Source: an uncultured Chloroflexia bacterium
GTDB taxonomy: Bacteria; Chloroflexota; Anaerolineae; Promineifilales; Promineifilaceae
Assembly: GCA_963767495.1 (NCBI GenBank)
Contig: CAVYDY010000004.1
Span: 156,985 to 220,984, forward strand
Length of the DNA: 64,000 nt
Direction of reading: 5' to 3'
The notes beneath the pieces were generated by a model. The model did no database searches. It saw only the letters and a list, made by a program, of their open reading frames with translations, and was not told where the DNA came from. Positions 39,533-47,862 of the stretch are shown piece after piece (the first letter of the stretch is position 1; every line of letters starts with the position of its first letter). The position numbers were made by a program, and so were the translations under genes.

Positions 39533-40266
39533 GCCGGAGACCACTCACGGCTGTTCTGCTGGCCGCCGGTCGGGGAAAGCGGCTGCGCCCTTATACGGAC
39601 CGTATGCCAAAACCGCTGCTGCCGGTAGACGGCCGTCCTACGCTGGATTTCGTGCTGACCGCGGCGGCAAACGCCGGCATCCAGACGGTGATCCTTGTGA
39701 CGCACCATATGAGCGGGCAAATCGAGGAGTTCGCCGGTGATGGCGCCGCCTGGAACATGGCGGTCGTCACCTGCCGTCAGCCGAAGATGTTGGGAACCGC
39801 CCATGCTTTGCAGACGGCCGTTTCTGCTTACCCCACCCTGTTTGCCTCAGAACAACCGTTTATTCTAACCGCTACCGATTACATCCTGCCGCCCGACTAC
39901 CTGTCCAATCTATCCGCCGCCCACGCAGCCGGCAACACAGATATGACCTTCAGCCTCAAGAAACTGCCCCGCGAGAAGATTGTGACCAGCAGCAGCGCGC
40001 GCTTCATGAGCAACGGGCAAATCGCACGAATCATCGAAAAACCTGCTCCCGAGGAAATAAACAGCCCCTATTCTGTCTCGCTGACCTTCATTCTGCCGGG
40101 CGCCGCTGTGGATTACTTGGCAAACATGGAGCCATCAATACGCGGCGAATATGAGATCCAAAGCGTGATCAACCAGATGCTGGGAGTTGGCTTCACCGCG
40201 AGCGGTTTGGAACAGGAAACGCCCCGGGAGTGGAGCATAGAGCGCGACGGCGCGGTCATTTCTTGA
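39529..40266 (+). CDS. sugar-1-phosphate nucleotidylyltransferase
   Basis: LLAAGRGKRLRPYTDRMPKPLLPV is the NTP-transferase signature. The TTG start overlaps the upstream stop (TTGA). Confidence 0.8.
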   Translation: MSRRPLTAVLLAAGRGKRLRPYTDRMPKPLLPVDGRPTLDFVLTAAANAGIQTVILVTHHMSGQIEEFAGDGAAWNMAVVTCRQPKMLGTAHALQTAVSAYPTLFASEQPFILTATDYILPPDYLSNLSAAHAAGNTDMTFSLKKLPREKIVTSSSARFMSNGQIARIIEKPAPEEINSPYSVSLTFILPGAAVDYLANMEPSIRGEYEIQSVINQMLGVGFTASGLEQETPREWSIERDGAVIS

Positions 40267-40431
40267 GGCATCTCATGGGCAGCCAAGCAGGGATCATACA
40301 GGCTTTGATCCCGCGCCGCAGCTCTCCCCACTCTGATCAAATTATGGTACTATAGCAGTTGGCTTGGCCCTATTCGATTCGGCCCAACCGCAAAGCAGAT
40401 ATCCAAAATAGTTTAACAACCGGAGACATCA

Positions 40432-41511
40432 ATGAGACCACTAAAAGAAATGATACCCGCCGGCGTTATCACCGGTGACGACGTACAGAAAGTATTTGAA
40501 TACGCACAGGCGAACAGCTTTGCGCTGCCCGCCGTGAACACGACGGGCACGAACAATGTCAACGCGGCGATGGAAACGGCCGTTAAGGTCAACGCCCCGC
40601 TTATGATCCAGTTTTCCAGCAGCGGCGCTCTATTCTACGCCGGCAAGACACTGCCCAATGACAATATGCAGGGCTCGGTAGCCGGCTCTGTCGCCGCCGC
40701 CATGCACGTGCACGATCTGGCGCCAAAATATGGCGCTTACGTCATGCTGCATACCGATCACTGCCCGCGCAGCCGCCTGGCCTGGCTGGACGGCCTGCTC
40801 GACGCCGGCGAGGAGTTCTACAAAGCAAACGGCATTCCGCTCTACAGCTCGCATATGATTGATCTCTCCACGGAGCCGATCGAAGAGAATATCGAGACCT
40901 GCAAAGCGTACCTGGATCGCATGAGCAAACTGGATATGACCCTCGAGTTTGAGCTGGGCATCACCGGCGGTGAGGAAGACGGCATCGACCATTCCGACGT
41001 CGACTCCTCGCGCCTCTATACACAGCCCGAAGATGTCGCTTACGCCTACGAAGAATTGAGCAAGGTGAGCGATCGCTTCACCGTCGCCGCTTCCTTCGGA
41101 AACGTGCACGGCGTCTATAAGCCAGGCAACGTCAAATTGACGCCGACGATTCTACGTGATTCGCAGATCTACGTGCAGGAAAAATACGGCACGGAAGAAA
41201 AACCGATCTACTTCGTCTTCCACGGCGGTTCCGGTTCCTCGCCAGAAGAGATAGCCGAGGCGATCAGCTACGGCGTGATCAAGATGAATATTGACACCGA
41301 CACCCAGTGGGCGATGTGGGACGGTGTGCTAAACTATTACCGGACGAATGAAGCCTACCTGCAGACGCAGTTGGGCAACCCGAACGGCCCCGATGCCCCT
41401 AACAAGAAGTATTACGACCCGCGCGCCTGGCTGCGCAGCAGTGAAGAGTACTTCGTGGCCCGTATGGTGCGCGCCTGTGAAGAGTTGAATAATATCGACA
41501 CATTGGGATAA
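40432..41511 (+). CDS. fba: class II fructose-bisphosphate aldolase
   Basis: FALPAVNTTG, MLHTDHC, LEFELGITGGEEDG, FGNVHGVYK and VFHGGSGS are class IIa FBA motifs. Confidence 0.92.
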   Translation: MRPLKEMIPAGVITGDDVQKVFEYAQANSFALPAVNTTGTNNVNAAMETAVKVNAPLMIQFSSSGALFYAGKTLPNDNMQGSVAGSVAAAMHVHDLAPKYGAYVMLHTDHCPRSRLAWLDGLLDAGEEFYKANGIPLYSSHMIDLSTEPIEENIETCKAYLDRMSKLDMTLEFELGITGGEEDGIDHSDVDSSRLYTQPEDVAYAYEELSKVSDRFTVAASFGNVHGVYKPGNVKLTPTILRDSQIYVQEKYGTEEKPIYFVFHGGSGSSPEEIAEAISYGVIKMNIDTDTQWAMWDGVLNYYRTNEAYLQTQLGNPNGPDAPNKKYYDPRAWLRSSEEYFVARMVRACEELNNIDTLG

Positions 41512-41558
41512 GAACGTTTAGCTGGGAACTGAGAACGGGAAACGGTTAACGATTGAGG

Positions 41559-41595
41559 CCGCCGGCTGGTTTGTTTGACCGGCCGGCGGTTTTTT
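41559..41595 (+). terminator. rho-independent terminator after fba
   Basis: CCGCCGGCTGGT...ACCGGCCGGCGG stem followed by TTTTTT. Confidence 0.75.
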
Positions 41596-41710
41596 GTAAC
41601 GCATGAAGGTGACTTGTGGCTGTGCTGCTGACTGACCAGCGTTGTGCTGCTGTTCTGTCGATTGGGAATAGGCAGCCATCTGCAGGTCTATGCAGCTATA
41701 AGGCAATGAA

Positions 41711-42394
41711 ATGAGCTCCTATCTTGATCCTATGCTGGACAGTATGCAAGCGGCCGCCGATCCTGAAAATGCGCCGGGAATGGCCGCCTATTTGCGCGAT
41801 CAGTTTGCCTGCCTGGGCATCAAAACGCCTGTCAGACGCGCACTGTTGAAGCAGTTCCTGGCCGCGTATGGTCTGCCGCCTCTGGAAGAGCTGCCCGCCG
41901 TTGTTGAGGAATTGTGGACGCTGCCCTATCGTGAATATCAGTACAATGGGATTGATATCCTGCGCAAAATGCAGAAGAAGCTGACGCCGGAATTTGTGCC
42001 CACGCTGGAATGGCTGATCCTTAGCAAATCGTGGTGGGACACGGTCGATCTGCTGGCGAGCAATATGGTAGGAACGATTTTCGCGAGCTACCCGGAGGTG
42101 CGACAAACGGCCGTCCAGCGCTGGCGCGCCAGCGAGAATATCTGGCTGCGCCGTACCACGCTGATTTTCCAACTCAAGTATCGGGACCGCACCGATGTGC
42201 CTCTGCTCTTCTCGCTGATCGATGAGAATCTGACCGACAGTGAATTCTTCATCCAGAAGGCGATTGGCTGGGCCCTGCGCGAATACTCCAAGACCGATGC
42301 GGCGGCCGTTCGTGACTTCGTAGGCAAGCGTGAACTATCCCCCCTGGCCCATCGCGAAGCACTCAAGTGGCTCAACCGGCAGATGAATCCCTAA
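41711..42394 (+). CDS. DNA alkylation repair protein (AlkC/AlkD-like HEAT-repeat family)
   Basis: WWDTVDLLA, LRRTTLIFQL and IQKAIGWALREYSK are typical of the DNA_alkylation family. Confidence 0.75.
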   Translation: MSSYLDPMLDSMQAAADPENAPGMAAYLRDQFACLGIKTPVRRALLKQFLAAYGLPPLEELPAVVEELWTLPYREYQYNGIDILRKMQKKLTPEFVPTLEWLILSKSWWDTVDLLASNMVGTIFASYPEVRQTAVQRWRASENIWLRRTTLIFQLKYRDRTDVPLLFSLIDENLTDSEFFIQKAIGWALREYSKTDAAAVRDFVGKRELSPLAHREALKWLNRQMNP

Positions 42395-42500
42395 ATGCCT
42401 CGACGATCGAACTGGCCAGCAAGAAAAGGATTTCCCACCATGAGCGTATTCTTGACAAGCAGCGTGGTATGCTGCTCTATGATCGCGAAGGAGCACACGC

Positions 42501-43544
42501 TTGTCGCTAGATAACTTCATCCGTCTGATGCCCAAAGTTGAGCTGCACGTCCATCTCGAAGGCTCGATCCGGCCGGCGACCTTACTAACCCTTGCCAAAC
42601 GCAACCAGGTCGATCTGCCGGCGAACAGCGTTGAAGAGCTGGAAGCGTGGTACCGGTTCACCGATTTCGATCATTTCATAGAGGTCTACTTTGCGATCTG
42701 CAACTGCCTGCGCACGGCCGATGATTTCGAATTGATCACAGCCGAATTTTTGCGCGGCCAGGAAGAGCAGAATATTCGCTACAGCGAGGTGATATTCACG
42801 CCGTTTACGCATTACGAACATGTCGCATTCGATGATCAGCTGGCGGCCATCAACCGTGCCCGGGCATGGGCTGCTGATGAATTAGAGGTGACGATGGGGC
42901 TGGCGCCCGATATCTCGCGCAACGTGCGGCCGGTCGCTCACAGCATGTTGGTCGCCAATTGGGCTGTGCAGAAGCAGGGACAGGGGATCATCGGTCTGGG
43001 CCTCGGGGGGCCGGAAGTCGATAATCCACCGGAGCTCTTTACGGAAGCGTTTAACCTGGCCTTCGAAGCCGGGCTGCCCAGCCTGCCCCATGCCGGCGAG
43101 ACAGAGGGGCCGGCGAGCATCTGGGGTGCGCTGAATGCGCTGCACGCAGTGCGCATCGGGCATGGTGTGCGCTGCCTGGAAGATTCTGATTTGGTGCGCG
43201 AACTGCGCGAGCGCCAGGTGCCGCTGGAGGTTTGTCCCAGCAGCAATGTCTGTCTCGGCGTCGTGCCGAGTCTTGAGGAACACCCCCTGCCCCGCTTACT
43301 GGATGAGGGGCTATACGTGACCATCAACTCGGACGATCCGCCGATGTTCAATACGACCCTGACCGACGAATACCTGCGCATCAGTGAGACCTTCGGCTTT
43401 AGCCTCGAACAGATCAAGTCTTTGGTTATCAACGGCGTGCACGCCACGATGCTGCCGCCCAGGGAACGCAGAGTGATGGAAGCGGAATTTGTAACTGAGT
43501 TCAATGAGTTGGATTGGCGATTGGGGCCATCGATGGGAGCGTAG
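42501..43544 (+). CDS. add: adenosine deaminase
   Basis: LPKVELHVHLEGSIRP, HAGE, and SDDPPMF with the catalytic Asp pair. Confidence 0.9.
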   Translation: MSLDNFIRLMPKVELHVHLEGSIRPATLLTLAKRNQVDLPANSVEELEAWYRFTDFDHFIEVYFAICNCLRTADDFELITAEFLRGQEEQNIRYSEVIFTPFTHYEHVAFDDQLAAINRARAWAADELEVTMGLAPDISRNVRPVAHSMLVANWAVQKQGQGIIGLGLGGPEVDNPPELFTEAFNLAFEAGLPSLPHAGETEGPASIWGALNALHAVRIGHGVRCLEDSDLVRELRERQVPLEVCPSSNVCLGVVPSLEEHPLPRLLDEGLYVTINSDDPPMFNTTLTDEYLRISETFGFSLEQIKSLVINGVHATMLPPRERRVMEAEFVTEFNELDWRLGPSMGA

Positions 43545-43559
43545 GAGCGGGGAAGCATT

Positions 43560-44483
43560 ATGAACAAGATCAATCGCGTGGCCATTCTGGGCGCTGGGGG
43601 GTTGGGAGCAGCGTACGGCAGTCGCTTTTTGAACGCGCCGGGCTTTGAGACTGATTTTATCGCGCGCGGCGAGCGGTATGAACGGCTGCAAAAAGAGGGT
43701 CTGGTCGTCAATAATGTGCCTGTCGACGTGTCGCCCGTTCATCCTGGGGATGAAACAGCGAAAACGGCCGATTTGATTATCGTCGCCCTGAAACAATACC
43801 ACCTGGCGAATGCTCTGCCTGACCTACGGCCGTTCGTCGGCGAGCAAACCACGATCTTGTCAGTCATGAACGGCCTGGACAGCGAAGCGGTCCTTGGCGA
43901 ACGGTACGGCATGGACAAGATGCTCTACGCCATCGCCCTGGGCATTGACGCCGTACGTGAGGGGAACCGCATCGATTATTCGGCCGGCGGTAAGATATTC
44001 TTCGGCGAACCGCAAAACGATGCGCCCAGTGAACGCGTCCTGCGTGTCCAGGAAGCATTTGACCGCGCAGCCATTCCGGCGGAAACACCGGCCGATATGA
44101 TGTTGACCATGTGGCGCAAGTTTATGATCAACGTAGGCATCAACCAGGCGTCGGCCGTTTTGCGCGCGCCCTACGGCGTTTTTCAGGGGGATCCCGCCGC
44201 GCAGGAGATCATGGAATCATTGATGCGCGAAGCGATCGCCGTGGCCCATGCCGAAGGCGTCCACCTGAGCGAAGCGGATTTACAGGGTTGGTATGATTTC
44301 CTGAACACACTTTCGCCGGACGGCAAGACATCCATGCTGCAAGATGTCGAGGCCGGCCGCCAGACCGAGGTAGAGATTTTCGGCGGCAAAGTGGTCGAAC
44401 TTGGCGATTTGCACCAGCTACCCACGCCGGTCAACCGCACTATCGTCAATGCGATCCGTGTGCAGGAGCGGCGCAGCCGTTAG
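43560..44483 (+). CDS. panE: 2-dehydropantoate 2-reductase
   Basis: VAILGAGGLGAAYG Rossmann motif. SMLQDVEAGRQTEVEIFGG is a ketopantoate reductase C-terminal motif. Confidence 0.85.
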   Translation: MNKINRVAILGAGGLGAAYGSRFLNAPGFETDFIARGERYERLQKEGLVVNNVPVDVSPVHPGDETAKTADLIIVALKQYHLANALPDLRPFVGEQTTILSVMNGLDSEAVLGERYGMDKMLYAIALGIDAVREGNRIDYSAGGKIFFGEPQNDAPSERVLRVQEAFDRAAIPAETPADMMLTMWRKFMINVGINQASAVLRAPYGVFQGDPAAQEIMESLMREAIAVAHAEGVHLSEADLQGWYDFLNTLSPDGKTSMLQDVEAGRQTEVEIFGGKVVELGDLHQLPTPVNRTIVNAIRVQERRSR

Positions 44484-44567
44484 CGTGCCCTTTCTCAAAA
44501 AGCCGGTTAGCCAGATTCGGAAATTTGGATACTATAGCTGCCTCGTTAGCGAATCAAGAGTGACTAA

Positions 44568-45362
44568 ATGACTGAAGAAACAGCATTAGTTCCCATTGAG
44601 CAAAGAACGGTCGCCTTCTACGGTGACGAGATCGTTGCTGTGCGCGCAAAGGACGGTCTTGTCTACGTCCCCATGCGCCCGATTTGTGATCTTCTGGGCG
44701 TTTCCTGGTCATCGCAGCAGAACCGGATCGGCCGGGATGAAGTCTTGTCGGAAGCGGCGCGCAGTATCTCCGTGTTCGTAACGAACACGCAGGGGCAAAG
44801 TCAGAACCGGACAATGCTCTGCCTGCCCCTGGACTATGTTAGCGGCTTTCTCTTTGGGCTCAATGCGAGCCGTGTCAAAGAGGATATTAGAGACAAAATC
44901 ATCCGCTACCGCAAAGAGTGCTACCAGGTGCTGGCCGAGGCATTCTACGAAGGACGGCTCAATCCGGACAGTGACTTTGAGGCGCTGATTGCGGGTGATT
45001 CCCCGGCGGCGCAGGCGTACCGTACCTTTCAAGCGCTTGCGAAACTGGCGCGCCACCAACTTGTCCTGGAATCCCGCCTCGACACCCATGAAGAGAGAAT
45101 CGAACAGCTGGAAACGATCGTCGGCGATCCCGGACGATTCGTAACGCCCGACCAGGCAAGTCAATTGAGCCAGGCGGTTAAGACGATCGCTATGAAATTA
45201 TCCAAAGCGAGCGGCCGCAACGAGTATGGCGGCGTCTACGGGGAGCTGTACCGCAAATTCGGCATCACCAGCTACAAACAGCTGCCGGCAGCCAAATTCG
45301 ACGAAGCGATGAAATGGCTGAATGAGTGGCGCGAGAGCATTGAGGGAGACGTTCCCTTCTAG
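44568..45362 (+). CDS. phage antirepressor-like protein (P22 Ant N-terminal-type domain plus ORF6C-like C-terminal domain)
   Basis: VAFYGDEIVAVRAKDGLVYVPMRPICDLLGVSWSSQQNRI...MLCLPLDYVSGFLFGLNASRV resembles the P22_AR_N family. The C-terminus YRKFGITSYKQLPAAKFDEAMKWLNEW resembles ORF6C. Confidence 0.65.
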   Translation: MTEETALVPIEQRTVAFYGDEIVAVRAKDGLVYVPMRPICDLLGVSWSSQQNRIGRDEVLSEAARSISVFVTNTQGQSQNRTMLCLPLDYVSGFLFGLNASRVKEDIRDKIIRYRKECYQVLAEAFYEGRLNPDSDFEALIAGDSPAAQAYRTFQALAKLARHQLVLESRLDTHEERIEQLETIVGDPGRFVTPDQASQLSQAVKTIAMKLSKASGRNEYGGVYGELYRKFGITSYKQLPAAKFDEAMKWLNEWRESIEGDVPF

Positions 45363-45378
45363 GACACAGCAGCGGTTT

Positions 45379-46230
45379 ATGCAAAAAACGATCATAGTCA
45401 CCGGCGCCACGTCAGGCATCGGCAAAGAGGCGGCGCGCGAATTCGCCGCGCGCGGAGCGCAGGTTGTCGTCGTCGGACGCAGCGCGGAAAAGACGCGGAA
45501 TACGGTCGCCTGGATAGGCGAGAAGACGGGCAGCAAGCAGGTAGATTACCTGTTGGCCGATTTCTCGTCTCTAGACGAAGTACGCCAATTGGCCGCCCAG
45601 TTTTCAGAGCGATACGGCAGCTTGGACGTGTTGGTCAACAATGCCGGCGCCGTCTTCCTCAGCCGTCAGGAAAGCGCCGATGGTTATGAGATGACCTTCG
45701 CCGTCAATCACCTGGCACCCTTTCTGCTGACCAATTTGCTGCTGAGTTCTCTGCAAGAAGCTGCGCCGGCGCGCGTCGTCACCGTCGCTTCTGACGCCCA
45801 TGAAGGGGCATCAATGGAACTTGACAATTTGCAGTTTGAGCAGGGGTATTCGATCATGAAGGCGTACGGTCGTTCCAAGCTGGCCAATATTCTCTTCAGC
45901 TACGAACTCGCCCGGCGTCTGGAAGGCAGCGGCATCACGTCCAATGCGATGCATCCTGGCTTTGTTTCTACGGGCATCGGCAGCAATAATGTGCCCGGCT
46001 GGGCCGGCGGTCTATTTCAGCGCGCCACCAGCCTCTTCGCCCGCGACGCCGCCAAGGGCGCGGAAACGATCATTTACCTGGCCGATTCGCCGCAGGTGGC
46101 CGGCGTTTCGGGAAAATACTTCATGGATGAGCAGCCGATCCAGTCCTCGCCAATCACCTATGACGAAGCGCTCGCCCGCCGCCTGTGGAAAGAAAGCGCG
46201 GCCATGGTGGGCCTCGCGGATATCCCATAG
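45379..46230 (+). CDS. SDR-family oxidoreductase
   Basis: TGATSGIGKE, NNAG and YGRSK catalytic motif. Start taken at the internal ATG at 45379. Confidence 0.88.
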   Translation: MQKTIIVTGATSGIGKEAAREFAARGAQVVVVGRSAEKTRNTVAWIGEKTGSKQVDYLLADFSSLDEVRQLAAQFSERYGSLDVLVNNAGAVFLSRQESADGYEMTFAVNHLAPFLLTNLLLSSLQEAAPARVVTVASDAHEGASMELDNLQFEQGYSIMKAYGRSKLANILFSYELARRLEGSGITSNAMHPGFVSTGIGSNNVPGWAGGLFQRATSLFARDAAKGAETIIYLADSPQVAGVSGKYFMDEQPIQSSPITYDEALARRLWKESAAMVGLADIP

Positions 46231-46476
46231 AGCGGGAGCAAACACCCGCCGGCAGTGCGTACAGCAGCCGCCCAAACATACTCTCATTGACATAACCTTC
46301 ATTTTCCTGGGCGAATAACCCACGAGAAACCTACGCTGCCCCCCAATTTTCGGACAGGTGATAGCTGGCTTAAGCCGCGATCTGCGCCATATCCGCGATT
46401 GATACAATGGATCGCAGGTGGGTTTATTCAACCTAGACATTAGATGCACAAACGTGCACATGGAGGTTACCGAAAC

Positions 46477-47541
46477 ATGAGTAACGTTAAGAAAAGTCTC
46501 CTTCTAGTTTTTGTTCTCCTACTGACAATGGTTCCCCTGGCGCTGGCACAGTCCGCGCCCGTTAACACGGTGGCCGGCGTTGCTGATAGTGACGGCCGTT
46601 TTGATACCCTGGCCGCAGCGGCTGCCGCGGCCGGCCTCACCGATGACCTATCCGGCGGCACATGGACCGTCTTTGCCCCGACCGATGAGGCGTTCGCCAA
46701 ACTTGGCCTCACAGCGGACAACATCGCTGAAGCCTATACGGCCGAAGAGCTGGCCGATCTCCTTCTGTACCACACGCTGAAAGGGGATAATTCGACTGCC
46801 ACATTGAAGACCATGCTGGGCAACGTAACCATGGCCAACGGCGGATTGGCCGGGCTGAAGTTCTACGAAGATGCGCTCTACGTGAACGACAATGCGAAAT
46901 TGATTGAGGAAAATGTGATCGTTGACAACGGCCGTATTCACGTCGTCGACAATGTCATCCTGCCGCCCTGGCCGCGTGTTGAAGATGCACAGCCTACGGT
47001 GCAGGAAACGATACAGGCGATCGCCGCCAAGGTCGTTGAGGCGGTGCCTGAAGCGGCCGAACCAGTCGCTGAAGCTGTTGAAGCGATCGCGGACGCGCCG
47101 CCGGTGACCTCCGTGTCGCCGAACAGCATCGCCGGGCTGGCCGTGGCTGACGGCCGTTTCAACACGCTGATCACGGCCGTAATTGCCGCCGATCTGTTGG
47201 ATGATCTTGTCAGCGGGGAGTGGACCGCCTTCGCACCTACCGATGCAGCGTTCGCCAAAGCAGGCCTGAATGCCGACAACATCACCACCACCTACAGCCA
47301 GGAAGAACTGGCTGATCTGCTGCTCTACCACGTCATGAAGGGCAGCAATTCAACCGCCCAGCTGAAAACGCAGCTAGGGAATGTGACGATGGCTAACGGC
47401 CAGCTGGCGGGTCTCAAATTCTACGAGGACCACCTGTATGTCAACGACGATGCGATGATCATTCTCGAAAACATCGTCGCCGAAAATGGTACCCTGCATG
47501 TGGTTGATAATCTCATTCTGCCACCCTGGCCACGCGAGTAA
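46477..47541 (+). CDS. secreted protein with two fasciclin (FAS1) domains
   Basis: Signal peptide MSNVKKSLLLVFVLLLTMVPLALA. Two copies of TVFAPTDEAFAK...LLYHxxKG...HVVDNxILPPWPR. Confidence 0.88.
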   Translation: MSNVKKSLLLVFVLLLTMVPLALAQSAPVNTVAGVADSDGRFDTLAAAAAAAGLTDDLSGGTWTVFAPTDEAFAKLGLTADNIAEAYTAEELADLLLYHTLKGDNSTATLKTMLGNVTMANGGLAGLKFYEDALYVNDNAKLIEENVIVDNGRIHVVDNVILPPWPRVEDAQPTVQETIQAIAAKVVEAVPEAAEPVAEAVEAIADAPPVTSVSPNSIAGLAVADGRFNTLITAVIAADLLDDLVSGEWTAFAPTDAAFAKAGLNADNITTTYSQEELADLLLYHVMKGSNSTAQLKTQLGNVTMANGQLAGLKFYEDHLYVNDDAMIILENIVAENGTLHVVDNLILPPWPRE

Positions 47542-47743
47542 CGACCACCATACACAATGAGCCGTCTGGCGCTGCATACAGCCAAACCCTGGACGCATAA
47601 GATTCATTCAGAATCTCGTCCTTAACCAACCCACCCTATTGGCGGTATGGCAAGCAGACTCGACGGCAGCTGACGTTCTGTCCGGGGGAACTATCCTGGA
47701 CAGAACGCCTCTTCTATGGCAGGTTAGTCGAGAAACTGTAGGG

Positions 47744-47779
47744 CCCGACACCCGGAAATGGCAGGGTGTCGGGTCTTTC
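47744..47779 (+). terminator. rho-independent terminator after the fasciclin gene
   Basis: CCCGACACCC - 10-nt loop - GGGTGTCGGG followed by TCTTTC. Confidence 0.65.
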
Positions 47780-47862
47780 AATTGACATTACTGACGGGGT
47801 ACGCCAATTCCAATTTCATGACCTTATTACAGCACCGCGCCTAAAGCGGTTAAAATAGGGGC

